Shown: positions 24,032-35,795 of the stretch, one piece after another | Layout: every line of letters begins with the position of its first letter | Position numbering within the stretch: position 1 is the first letter of the stretch | Virus record (IMG/VR): IMGVR_UViG_2061766007_000865 | Strand: one strand, 5' to 3' | Origin: an uncultured virus (IMG/VR IMGVR_UViG_2061766007_000865) | Taxonomy: Duplodnaviria > Heunggongvirae > Uroviricota > Caudoviricetes | DNA length: 64,000 nucleotides | Position numbers and translations under genes: made by a program | Notes under the pieces: model-generated | The model's database searches: none | Seen by the model: the letters and a program-made list of their open reading frames with translations, nothing else | Told to the model about the DNA's origin: nothing

Positions 24032-24840
24032 TTGTGCCCTATACTGAATCGAATCAATCTTTCACACAATCATTGAACGCTTTAATTGTGCAACGTATGT
24101 CAGTCTTGAGAGGGCATTACTATAGATTATCCCAATCTTAACCACATCATAGGGCGTGTTAAAAATGTGAGAGGGAGATTGCAGCCATTTTCTATTGGGG
24201 CGGCACTTCCTACCCCTCTCACTCTGTTTGGGGCGGTGGTGGTGCGAACTCTGTTTGTTGCATCCCAAATGCCCCATGTTAAAATGAACGATTTATAACC
24301 TTTTGGCACGTCCCTCAGATATGTGCGCACGTTTTGGGGGGCACTGGCTTAACTTCCATCGTTCTAATAAGTCACCTACGCTTCTAACGGACAGCCATGA
24401 ATCGCAGCCTTTTAGCAATTTGGCAGCGTATAATCGGCAAATAAGCACGCCCAAGGAAAATCGGCACTCTCTCGTATTTGGTGCGGATTGGGGGCAAAAC
24501 ATAAGCGTTAGGGGGCTTAAAGTTTTTGTTTCTCGATTATGTCTTATTACTTTTGGTCGAATGACCTTGCCAAGCCATGCACATTGACATGGGTAGAGGC
24601 GGTAATAAATTCTTACTTAGGGTCGGTCTCTAATCATTACTCCTATTTAAATTGCAAACTATATTATAAGAATTCAAATATATACTAATATGCTAAAACT
24701 AATCAGCCACTTAGGGCGGAGGTCTCTCCATGCTACTTCTCGCTTTGATTGGTTAGACATTGATTGAAAGCGGCAATCGGCTTGGGGGAGGTGCGGACTA
24801 TCTCCTGACCTAACTACCCCCTTTGAGCCACGATTAAGCC
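24032..24840 (-). ncRNA. candidate large structured RNA or ncRNA cluster with tRNA-like 3' domain
   Basis: ~800 nt with raised GC, many nested stems and no convincing ORF. Confidence 0.6.
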
Positions 24841-24841
24841 G

Positions 24842-24955
24842 TTATTTCATTTTCTTAATCTCGTAGAGTTGAGTGTCCTCTATTTTCTTCGTGGGGATTG
24901 CAACCACTCGTTTGTTTCTTACTGCTTTGTCCAAGCGTCTCTGTCCACTACCCAT
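24842..24955 (-). CDS. 37-aa basic peptide ahead of the RNA region
   Basis: MGSGQRRLDKAVRNKRVVAIPTKKIEDTQLYEIKKMK directly behind promoter 24999. Confidence 0.5.
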   Translation of the reverse strand: MGSGQRRLDKAVRNKRVVAIPTKKIEDTQLYEIKKMK

Positions 24956-25066
24956 TTTGCTTTACTTTATTAATTAATGTTTTGTTATCGTTTCACGATG
25001 CAAAGATACGAAGATTTTCTGTAACTACCAAATTTTTTTGTAGGAATTTGCACTCATTAACGTTTG

Positions 25067-28000
25067 TTAGCAGTATTCCTTCTGATAGGCTAAGAAATCC
25101 TCTACTTCTTCCGCCTCACGGATGTCTGCTTCGAGTGCATCATCATCAATATCTTCGTTCTCGTCACGATAGTCTTCGAGGGTCTTGCCATCGAGTGTAC
25201 AAATGACATTATCGTCCTCTGTGACTTCCAAACCACCAAGGGTCTCTCTTACGATGTAACCCAACTCTGTTTCGTATGTGCCCATAACTACTTCACTTCT
25301 TCTTTCTTCTGTCCAAAGTGAGTGACGATGTGTGGAATTGCAACCAAAACACCAATCACAACCACAAGGGACACAATCTGTAATACTGAAATATCCATAA
25401 CTCTTTTGCTTTAACGATGTAAAGATACGAAATTAATTTGGATTGACCAAGAAAAATCTCACTTTTNNNNNNNNNNTTCTTAATTCTTAAGCAATGTAAA
25501 GATACGAAATTAATTTGGATTGACCAAGAAAAATCTCACTTTTTTTTCAGAAAAGTTGGTGGGGATTATTTCACCCCACCCAACTTATATTACTCCGCAG
25601 CAGCCATAGCCATCTCCATTTCCTCAGCATTGGCAGTTTTGGCGATGCCAAGGGTCTCGACAGACATCTTAGCGTTCTTCACGTCAATGTTTGGATTGGA
25701 TGGGGATGCAGCGAGTGCAGCCTTGAAATCCTTTGTCTTGGTGCTATACTTGTCGTAGAAGCGACACAGAGCATGAGCCACGTTAGGATTGCGGAACAAC
25801 TTCTCGTTCTTGTGGTACTTCGCAAAGAGTTTCAGCCATGAGAAAATGGTCTCAGCCTTTTTCTCGTCAAACTTAGTGTAGCCACTAAGGAAAGTAGGTA
25901 CACGATGGGCGTTCTTACCCACTGCAAAGTATACGAGGTATGTAATGGGATAGTTGCCATGCTTGTTCGACAACTCAGTAAGGTGCTTACATACGGCAAT
26001 GTGGAGGTTGCGCTTGTCTCTATTCTGAGGTAACGTGAACCACTTGGGCATACCTACACCCTTGCCACTACCACTCTCTGCAATAGCACGTACACGTGCA
26101 TCAATCGTTGTTTTCTTTGTCTCTTTTGCCATTTTCTTAATCTCCTATAAATTTAATGTTGTTAATAATGTTGTTTTCTTTAACGATGCAAAGATACGAA
26201 CTTTTTTTGAATTGACCAAATTTTATCTGGCTTTTTTAACCTGCTTTAACAATTATCTCCTTTTCAAGTATCTTTATATCCTCATAATAATCATCGCATG
26301 GGTCATTGATATAGAAAGATGTATCACTTTCCTCAATCTCAAACTCTGCAATATCATCGTCAGTGTTATTAACCTTACCAAAATGGTAGCTCTCATTCAA
26401 GATAAGTTCCTTTTCATCTGATAGAACTTTCTTTGCAATCTCCAACGTCTTGCATGGTGTTGGATTTATAATCAACTCACCATCAACATTGCTTTCTTGT
26501 AATACGATATAAACCTTATCCATAGTTTTTTAACTTTGTATTACTTCAATCGTTGTAAAATCCTTTGCTTCATAGACGTTATCTGCATCGTCACCATCTT
26601 CAAAACTACCACTATCCAACCACTCTGAAAGTGTGATATTGGTAAGATGCTTACCATCGAAATATGCCCAAAGTTCATAGGTCTTTTCCTCTATTGAGAA
26701 GAAAGCGAGATAGCCGCCACTACCCTCATGGTCGAAATAATGTCTATCTACCTTAATATCAAGCACTTTCTTTGTCTTTAAGTGTTCTTCACCCTCGCCA
26801 AGTATCACCTCAGTATCAATAGCGATGGTTGCATATACTCCACAAGGGGCAATAGTGTCTTTTGGTCTTTTATCATAGTCATGGATAAGAATATCCTCAA
26901 CTACTTTCTTGACCATTGTAGAGCCGTAGAATGGGTTTTTACTACCATCTCTATTCTCTATCATTTCAACTCTTAACTTCGCTTCTACCATAGTTTAAAA
27001 ACCAAATGAGAACACATAATAGTCATCTAAATCTTCAAAAGGCATTTCGGCTTCAATAGCTTCCTCTGCACTTGCATAAGAGTTTGCATCAATCTTAACG
27101 ATTGTGTAGCTATCATCGTAGTCCTCTTCGGCTACCCATTCCTCTAAATCCTTTTCGGTGAGGTTTTCTACTTGCTCCTTGCGATAATGTTGCTTATCGA
27201 GTAGGAATACTTTTTTGTCTCTATCCATAACTCTTACTTATTAAGATTCTTATAAATGAACATTGCCACATCATAGACTTCATTCCAATCAATGCGGTCA
27301 ATACCTAACTCGTCACAATCTTCTGTCTGCAAGTAGATAGCATCGTTCTCATTGAGAAAGATTCCCTCAACCATTGAGAAAGCATTACTATCGTACTCTG
27401 GGTGTCTGCCACCATCATAAGTGACACTAATCATGTTTTCACATTCTGTTATATCAACTGAATTACCATGCTTCTTTAAGTAATTCTTGATAAATCTTTC
27501 ACTCTCTTTTCTGATTTCCTCTTGGGTATCACGAATTGATAAAAATAATGAAATTGCTTTTTTCATATCTCTAATCCTTTAATTGTTATTTCTTGGTGCA
27601 AAGGTACGAAATCTTTTTGAATTGGCAAAACAAATTGTGGAAAATCTCTGGGATTTTAACCCTTTTTAACGAAAAATGGGGTCAATGACCATAAAAGTCA
27701 TCAACCCCTCATGTTAAAAGTTTATTTTTAAAACCAAGTAGTTAATATATGTCCTCCCTAGCTATTATCTGTGATTCACCTTGCCCATAGATAACAAACT
27801 CTCTATTATCAGCATCTTCTGCCATGTTGGTAGCTTTTTCTAGGGCTTCTCCCTCATCATTTGCCATCACTTCTACCTCATAAGATGCATTGAAATTACA
27901 TCGTATTCTAAACTTTACCATAATTATGCAACCTCCTTAGATTCAGGGAAAATCTCAACACCATCGCATTTCAATGTGTTGAATGTGATTAAACAATGAA

Positions 28001-28594
28001 TAACACCAATCTCATCAACTGATTCAAGTTTCTTATCACTTATCTCGTTGATGTAATTGAAAATGGTCGTAGCCATTTCCTCACTCTCCTTAACCGCTTT
28101 CAATGTGGGATATTCCATATCGTATCTGTGACCCTTATAGTTCTCACAATACGCATAGCCATCGTAAATCTCGAATGGTATCTGATTCTTAAAACCCTCT
28201 ATGGAAAGTTTCTCAGTACCAATCTTCTTACCTAAATGCTTTTCCCAAATTTTACTTTCGTTTTCTACCATTTTTACTATTAATTTATTACTTTGGCAAA
28301 GATATAAAAAAAAAGTGAGATTCCAAAGAACCTCACCTTAAAATATGTTAAGGACACCAATGTATCGCCCAAGAACCACTAATAATTAGTAATATCATTA
28401 ATATATAATAGATACTCTCTATCACTTTATCACTCATATTTCTATACGAATTGGAATGTTTCTGCTTCCACTGCGGTAACTTCTACCACATCATCACCAC
28501 TCTCAAGCAATGTGTCCCAATCAATGTGATTAACCACATCATCAACTGACTGCAAATCAGTGTTTACCTCTAAATTTAATACTACTTGTACCAT
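25067..28594 (-). CDS. hypothetical genes 25067..25285, 25590..26132, 26236..26523, 26530..26991, 26995..27228, 27234..27566, 27924..28271, 28442..28594 (many acidic)
   Basis: ORF track; promoters interspersed. Confidence 0.7.
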
Positions 28595-28692
28595 GTTCAA
28601 TCTCCTTATTTGTTTATTGTGATGCAAATATACGAAATTATTTTGAATTAACCAAATTATTTTCAATTTATTTCAAATGGATTGTGAGTTAT

Positions 28693-29595
28693 TTACCACT
28701 CACAATCCTTATCATCGACACTAATCACAAATGGACTTTTTGGTATTCCCTTGAAATGGTGCTTTCCGTTAGTCACTTCAAAGTCATTCTTTCCAACCTT
28801 ATAGATAAGTCCCACAATCTGTTTTCCAACTTGTAGCTTATCCCAAACTCGATAATCGTAATCATCACCCACAAGAACCTCATAACCCTTCCATTTCTTA
28901 GGCAACTCACTTGTCTTTGTCACACCAAAGACCACAGCAACGTTATTACCTCTTTTCAGCCACTCTAAGCATTCTTGCTCATTTTCAGCAGACCCATCAC
29001 GGCTGAATGTCAAATAATAATTACTATAACGCTCTGCTATCTTCCAATAGTTCTTAACCTTTGTATAGTCATAGAAAGATACATTTGGATATAATTCCAA
29101 GATGTTCTTACCATCAACGTTAAAAGCCAAAGGTGATATGTCACTCGTGCAGTTAAGACGTATTGAAAACTCAATATTAAGCCTTTTAGCCTTATTCCTT
29201 GCACGTTCTATTTCCATCATAAGCAACTTCATGAATAATGGCTTATTGGCAAAGAAAAGGCGAGTTTTGGTAATTCTCGAATCAATCACCTTTGTGTTAC
29301 CGCTAAGCGCATCAATCTTTGCATAACCGCTACCAACAAGGCAACTCTCACGACACATTGAACTCTTTGGGCATACGTTGATATTAGACGCATCAGCAGA
29401 AGCCAAATATATACCATAGGTAAGCATATTCAAATGCTCATTGTGCATTAACTTAGTAGAGTGATTGCAGTTGCCTATATAGGATATGCCAATCTCCTTT
29501 AAGGTCTTATCAAAGCCCTTATAAGTGATTTTGCTCAATCTGTTCATTTCAAATTGAAAACCTCTGTAAGCAACCAAATCCTTTATTCTTTTCAT
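28693..29595 (-). CDS. GP88-like phage protein
   Basis: NVCP...C..SCL, IRLNCTSD, FYDYTK, YLTFS, NVAVVF, GD..DYR, IVGL.YK motifs. Confidence 0.75.
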   Translation of the reverse strand: MKRIKDLVAYRGFQFEMNRLSKITYKGFDKTLKEIGISYIGNCNHSTKLMHNEHLNMLTYGIYLASADASNINVCPKSSMCRESCLVGSGYAKIDALSGNTKVIDSRITKTRLFFANKPLFMKLLMMEIERARNKAKRLNIEFSIRLNCTSDISPLAFNVDGKNILELYPNVSFYDYTKVKNYWKIAERYSNYYLTFSRDGSAENEQECLEWLKRGNNVAVVFGVTKTSELPKKWKGYEVLVGDDYDYRVWDKLQVGKQIVGLIYKVGKNDFEVTNGKHHFKGIPKSPFVISVDDKDCEW

Positions 29596-30852
29596 AATCT
29601 TATCCTTTTAATTGTTTCGTGGTGCAAAGATACGAAATTATTTCGAACTGGCCAAACAAAAATCGAATTATTTTCAATCTATAATAATATTTTTCCGCTT
29701 TATTTACAAAAATGGGGATTTACCATTACAGATAAATCCCCACATCACATATTTCGGTGAATATGACTTTGTTCTCAATCCAATACAATCATTCTCTTTA
29801 TATATGGACAACTTCTTTATGACTATTTGCGCCCAAAAAAAACTCCTTATGGAGAAACCTACCCATAATAATAGGCTCGCCGCTATAAGCCCAATCCATG
29901 TCCATAAGCGTATCACCACTTTCAGTTTCAAGAACTGCGAAGATGCCAATCAAACGATTTCCATTCATATCCAATAATTTCTGCAAATCTTTGGATATAT
30001 AGATTTTTCCGTTATCATCATCGTCTAAAAGAAACTCTTTTGCTCTCTCTTTGTCCATGACTTAATCCAATATAAATTCAACATCAGCCATTTGTGTGCC
30101 GCAATCTTTCCTATTACAAAGGATATTATAGCCACTCAATAGATTTTCATCATATATGGTTAATATCATATCATCATTAATCCTCTCACCACAATTTGGA
30201 CAAGTGATAATGAAATCCTCATAGTTATCCAATGGGAAATATGTAATCCCAAGGGAAATGAGCAATTTCAATACCTTGCTACTGCAATAGCCATCATAGA
30301 TTGCAATGATACCATTCATGCCATCATAACTATTATTCAGTCTGAAAACATGGGCATCAACCGCATCATTCATAATTAACCCAATTTCCTCTGTGGGAAT
30401 ATATACCCTTATATGATATTGCTTAGCCATAATCTAAATCTTTAACAATGCAAAGATACGAAATTATTTTGAATCTACCAAAATTTTTCTTATAATAGTT
30501 TCATATCTAAACAGATTTTAACTAAATACTATGTAACTATTACTGAATATCTCTCTAATACGGCATCAATGCTCGTTAAACTATATAACTCATCCTCAGT
30601 ATCACATCCTAACTCAGCACATGACTTCACAAACTCATTATAGGCTGCTTGCAACTTACTTTCAGCCAGTTGTATCCTTTTACATACGTCTGGCTTACTT
30701 TCAGCAGCATTAAATAGATTATACTGAAAATTTTCTTTAAATAACCTTTTCTTCATATTACTACCTTTTTTCTAACCACAATGCAAAGATACGAAATTAT
30801 TTTGAAATAACCAAGAAAAATCCCCACTTTTTTAAGGTGGGGATTAATTTTC

Positions 30853-31950
30853 TCATGCTGCTGCGAGACAAAGGTCAAATGTCTTCTGCACCTTTTTGTA
30901 GATGTTACCATCTAAGATGCTATCGAACTTGATTTCCTCGCTGCGCTCTGTAGCTTCGTTCTGAAAGTAAGAGGTCATTCCGTTCATCAGCCACATAGCA
31001 GTACCACGCTCTTGACCCTCTTGTCCTACACCACTCTCCAAGCACTCCTTAACACCTAAGAAGATGTTGCGTCCACGAGTCTTGATGTTGTCGCTAAAGA
31101 TGTCGTGATTCTCCAAGAAATCCTTTGCAGCATCTGGAGCCAAGACAACTTGGGCGATGATGTTATCGAGGTCTCTCTCAGCCAACTTGATGTTGCGCAA
31201 ATGCTCGAAACTCTGTGCGAGTGAGTTAGAGTAGGTCTCAGCAACATTCAGTGCCTTATAAGCGAACTCTGCGTTCTCAGCGTTGAGCAAATCGAGACGT
31301 GACATAACTTTCGAAGAGTGACGGAAAGCGATACGTCCGATATTGTTCTGCATAGCCCAATTAAGGGTGTTATTACATACCACACGTACTGGAGTTACCA
31401 TACAACGTACTGAGCCAGTGCCATCGTGAGAAGTGGTAAATACCACATACATATCCACAAGGTCATCACGCTTTGCGTCCAACACAATGCTCTTTGGGAA
31501 CTTTGCAGTGACAAATACACGCTCACCCTTACCAAGCACACCACAAGTCTCAATCACTGGGGTATTGTCTCTATCGGCAAACTTACCGCTACAGAACATA
31601 TCCACGAACTTGAAGGCATCCTCGTTCTGGACTATACCATACTTGTCACTTACAATACCAAGTGACTTGTTACTATCGAGACGCATTGTAGCCATAGTAT
31701 TGTCCACAAGCAACTCTTTCAGCATTGCAGCGTTGATAAACTCGCCATTGTCCATAGCATTACGTAACTCGTCACTCAGAGCAATCACTGGTTGCAAACC
31801 CACATTGTAATCAGCATGACAGAGTTTCAATGCATCTTTAACGAACATTGGTTCATCTACCACTTGTCCAAGTCCATGCCAAGCACGCTCTCTACGTCCG
31901 TTCTCTGCAAAACTTGCACCCCTCTCTGTAATCTCAATCATTGCACTCAT
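30853..31950 (-). CDS. DUF932 / TIGR03299-like phage protein
   Basis: AWHGLG, LGIVSDKY..VQN..AF.F.D, TSHDGTGS, TPVRVVCNNTL, RHS. Confidence 0.9.
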   Translation of the reverse strand: MSAMIEITERGASFAENGRRERAWHGLGQVVDEPMFVKDALKLCHADYNVGLQPVIALSDELRNAMDNGEFINAAMLKELLVDNTMATMRLDSNKSLGIVSDKYGIVQNEDAFKFVDMFCSGKFADRDNTPVIETCGVLGKGERVFVTAKFPKSIVLDAKRDDLVDMYVVFTTSHDGTGSVRCMVTPVRVVCNNTLNWAMQNNIGRIAFRHSSKVMSRLDLLNAENAEFAYKALNVAETYSNSLAQSFEHLRNIKLAERDLDNIIAQVVLAPDAAKDFLENHDIFSDNIKTRGRNIFLGVKECLESGVGQEGQERGTAMWLMNGMTSYFQNEATERSEEIKFDSILDGNIYKKVQKTFDLCLAAA

Positions 31951-32354
31951 AAATCCAATCTCCTTTTCTTTTAAATTGTTAATAACTGATTTAATTGTTT
32001 CACGATGCAAAGATACGAAATTATTTTCAATCTACCAAATAAAAAACAAATTATTTTCAATTTATAATAATATTTTTCTGAATTATATACAAAAAAAGGG
32101 ATAATCAACTTAGATTACCCCAATATTCTGAAATATGTTATCTTTGATACATTTCTGCCGTTCTTTTTAGTTCTGTGCAAGTGGAGTTGTAAACTCTCTG
32201 TTTCTTGCCGAAATCAGACTTTATCCTATCTTTGATTTCTTTGATAGTCCAATACTTACAACGAAGACCACCATTGTCTTCGTAATATTTGATAATATCT
32301 TTCTGTTTCATACCTTATTGTTTAAATGTTAAATCTTCAATTCATTAATGATTT

Positions 32355-33040
32355 TTAATAAGGATAATCGATTTCCTTAAAATAATCAATAATCTTCTTT
32401 GAGGTCTCTGCTGCATACTTGTTTCTTGGGTCAAACCAACCATTCTCGCAATTATCAGCCAACTTCTTAATATATTCCAAACATACCTTGAACATCTCAT
32501 TCTGCAAATATCTATGCTCACGGCACATTAGACTTGCAACCTTTTTCTTATCATGGCACTTCCCATTAACGAAATTGCCAAAGAAACGTGCAAACACATC
32601 ATCGTTATCTTCGCCACGACGAGGACAAAGGTCATAGGTGAATTTCTCAATTACCTTATTCTTAAGGTACTCCTTATCCTCTTCTGATGTGCTATCAGAA
32701 TTGATAAGGTAAATGAGGTCACTATTACTTAAGTCGTAACTCTCATATTCTCTTCCGTTGATTGTAAACTTCATAACCCTATTAATCTAAATCAATTGAT
32801 AAGTAATTACCACCACGCTGACCAGTGCGACGATTGTAGATGTCCTTAATGCAAGCATTGGTGTAACCATGCTCACGACAATACTTCGCCAAATCTTCAG
32901 CGTAACTACGACAATAGCTTGTGGTGTAAACCATGATGTGACGTTCACCACGCTTAATCTGTCTCTCAATCTCGTCAATGTGTTCCTTGTTAGGAACGAA
33001 AGGCTTAACGTATGCCTTTGCTTGTTCTGCTGTCATCATA
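32355..33040 (-). CDS. hypothetical genes 32355..32774 and 32782..~33040
   Basis: ORFs behind the promoter at 33064. Confidence 0.65.
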
Positions 33041-33259
33041 TCTCCTTGAATTTTTATTTGCGATGCAAAGATACGAAAAATCCCTAATATGACCAAGAAA
33101 AAACCAAAAAAATACGCTCAGATAATAATAATTTTCCACTTTCTTGACAAATCACTATATATACCTTATTATATTATTATATAAGGAAAAAAAAAATAAT
33201 TCCTATTTTATTTGGTTATTCCAACTTTTTTTTGTATCTTTGCACCAAAATTCAGTAAT

Positions 33260-34068
33260 ATGAACAATAGCATAGAGTTAAAGAAAGCAAGACTGCAACT
33301 CTATAAGCCAAATGTAACGGCATTCAAACTCGTTGCACAATTGGCTGATTCAATTATGTCTCGCTTCGAAAACAAAAACATTACATTCGATAAGAATAGT
33401 CTGAAAATAGACAGTTTGTATGTCAGAATGATTGAGGTCAATCCAAATGACATCGCATATGTTATGGTACACTGGTATCCTGACCATAACATCTCAAACC
33501 AAACTGACCCATTCTGCTCAGCATACACACTCGAAGAGTGGGAAATTAACAAAATTATTAATGCAATAGAAACACTTTGAAAGCAAAAGTAACTATCTAC
33601 TTTGCAAAGTGTTACCCATGCACAAAAGGAAATTTTTCAAAGCGTAAGTAAATCGATTGATTTACCTTACATTCTGATACCATGGATAGATATTAGACTA
33701 TAATAAAAGCATAGATGTACTTATTTAAGTACAATATATCTAAATAATCGTTAAATTATTTGGTTATTCAAGATATTTTTGATATCTTTGCATAGTTATA
33801 TTCTAAGATTTTATGAATATAAAGGAAAATAATTATAACATTTAATATCATGGCGTATTTCAGAATTGATGAACCTAATCAACCCACTAAATGGATTAAA
33901 AACATTGATAGGGTAAACGGTATCCTAACGTTCCAAGATAAGACATTAGGAGCATTCTCCGAAAGTAGCGGATTCTATGCAGACTCAGAACTTGACTACC
34001 TCAAGTTCCATTTTAAGGAAAAGTATCCAGAACTAGAATACCTAACAGTAGACACAAGCGGATACTAG
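33260..34068 (+). CDS. two + strand hypothetical genes (33260..33580, 33850..34068), each with a TAnnTTTG promoter
   Basis: Promoter cores TATCTTTGCA at ~33235 and ~33783. Confidence 0.7.
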
Positions 34069-34496
34069 AAAAACATAATCCAATCATATATGTTACAATA
34101 ACGTCAATAAATAAACATTATTGACACTAGATAACTATGACATGTACTTATTTAAGTACATATAAAAAACCTATACGTAAAATGGGAAAATAACCACTTC
34201 TAGAATATTTATACCTATACAACATTCTAGACTACTAGATATAAATAAAAGGAAAGGATGAGTATTTCACAATACCCATCCCCTTTTTTTTACTAAAATG
34301 AAAAACACAAATCTTTTAGTAAAATACGCAGATTACGTGTCTCACGACAGATAATCCTTAAACTACTACTATGAAAAACTTTTTTGCTTTTCCACTTCCC
34401 TACACCTAGGAAAGAATATGCTTCATCTATAAATATGAAATAATATCAAAAAAAGAATATTCATATCATACCCCCACTTGTACTTATTTAAGTACA
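33716..34496. repeat. three copies of TGTACTTATTTAAGTACA at 33716, 34143, 34479
   Basis: Identical 18-mers with 8-bp inverted arms. Confidence 0.9.
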
Positions 34497-34503
34497 AATA
34501 ACG

Positions 34504-35540
34504 TCAACCATACCACATACCATCCTCACTCCATCTGCTCTCATGTTCATAACCCATACTAGAAAACTGAACATTACCCATAGGAATAGAATGCGTAACC
34601 TCATCCTCAAAATACTTACGCAAATCCATGTAAGTGCTCTTGATAATAAGCTCCTTCACACCCTTCTTGCAAGATACATAACTGTACTTCATATGAGTTA
34701 ATATATCACGCTGCCAATAAGCTAGGTATATCCGAGAATCATTCAAAAACTTCTCAAACGCAGCCAAAGTGTAAAATGTCCTAGGTGTTCTATAAGGGTC
34801 TGACCATTCGTAGAAAAATATGTTGACCATACCACTCGTACTACCATAACCATTAGAATATACCAATGAACTAACCCTAGAAGATTCCTCAGCCTTACGC
34901 CTTAAAGTAGCGAAAAATAACTTCTTTAATTCCTTACTTAAATTAGACATCCCTCTATATAATTTTCCTTTCAATAAACTCACTGACTTAACTCTTGAAC
35001 AGGTACTGCCGCATATACCATATCACCATATGACTCCTCAGCAATAACCTTCATGATACCATCCTCCCTTAACGATGGGTCTAAACATGCATGGCTTATC
35101 CTTCTGTACATAATGGACGTGGCAACATCAGAATCAACTTGATAACCTTCATTGTCACAGAACTCATTAAACTCACTCATACTAGTGAACTCAATCCTAC
35201 TGCCCTTGTCAGCATAATCCCAATAAAACCATATCTCCTTGCCGTCATCAATGCCATCACAGTCATACTCGTCACCCTTGACCTTTTCCATAACTCCTTT
35301 GGCTCTATCATACTCTCCCCAAAACTCCTCGAAGATATTCATTATCTTGTCCTTACCATTACGAGTTTCCTTAGTAGGAGGCCATATGCAATCATAGTCA
35401 ATATGCTCACCATATAACTCCTCGTAGTAACTCTCATATAAGTCCATCTCGTAATTATACTCATCCTCAAGATGCTCGTGAAATAAATCATGAAGAGCAC
35501 CCCTCTTATTAACCAAAGGTATCTTTATCTTCTTCGACAT
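34504..35540 (-). CDS. hypothetical genes 34504..34983 and 34980..35540
   Basis: Overlapping stop/start; both contain an I.FY..Y/S..D....F.S/T...F..F motif. Confidence 0.7.
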
Positions 35541-35710
35541 CTCTTATATCCTATTCTTATTTCTGCAAAGATATACAAAAAATATCATATTTCCAAATAT
35601 TAATGACTACTTTATCCACTCTCAATATCATATCCATCATGATTCCACATGCATACTCTCTACATAATTTCTAAACTCCTGAATGTAATAAAAAGAGAAC
35701 AGTTTTTTTA

Positions 35711-35795
35711 TTCACATTTTTCCCTCACATTCCCTCGTATTCCCTCACATTTTCATACATTTTTTATTCACATTCCATTGTATTTTCCCTCGTAA
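35711..35795. repeat. 10-bp pyrimidine-rich tandem repeats
   Basis: TCCCTCACAT TCCCTCGTAT TCCCTCACAT plus degenerate copies. Confidence 0.7.

Larger units (their letters stand above)
6173..33097 (-). promoter_or_regulatory. 33 dispersed Bacteroidetes sigma-type promoters, consensus (T/C)TTGG-N~19-TA(T/A/C)CTTTGCA
   Basis: + strand tgcaaag(a/t/g)tacgaaa core (some variant) at 6173, 7012, 8079, 8774, 10790, 11772, 12895, 13476, 14391, 15290, 16270, 17315, 17749, 18631, 19170, 19882, 20775, 21434, 22025, 23178, 23901, 24999, 25418, 25495, 26187, 27597, 28295, 28623, 29623, 30449, 30782, 32006, 33064. Confidence 0.9.

Noticed and set aside
24062..24587. Short ORFs in the 24-kb island
   Set aside because: They overlap in several frames and lack the leader style and composition of neighbouring genes.
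25416..25546. Tandem ~49-bp promoter duplication
   Set aside because: The copies flank a 10-N gap, so this may be a contig-overlap artefact or hide a missing cassette; not interpretable.
6173..33097. CRISPR array or integron attC sites
   Set aside because: The repeats are promoter motifs separated by whole genes of variable length; no cas gene or integrase is present.
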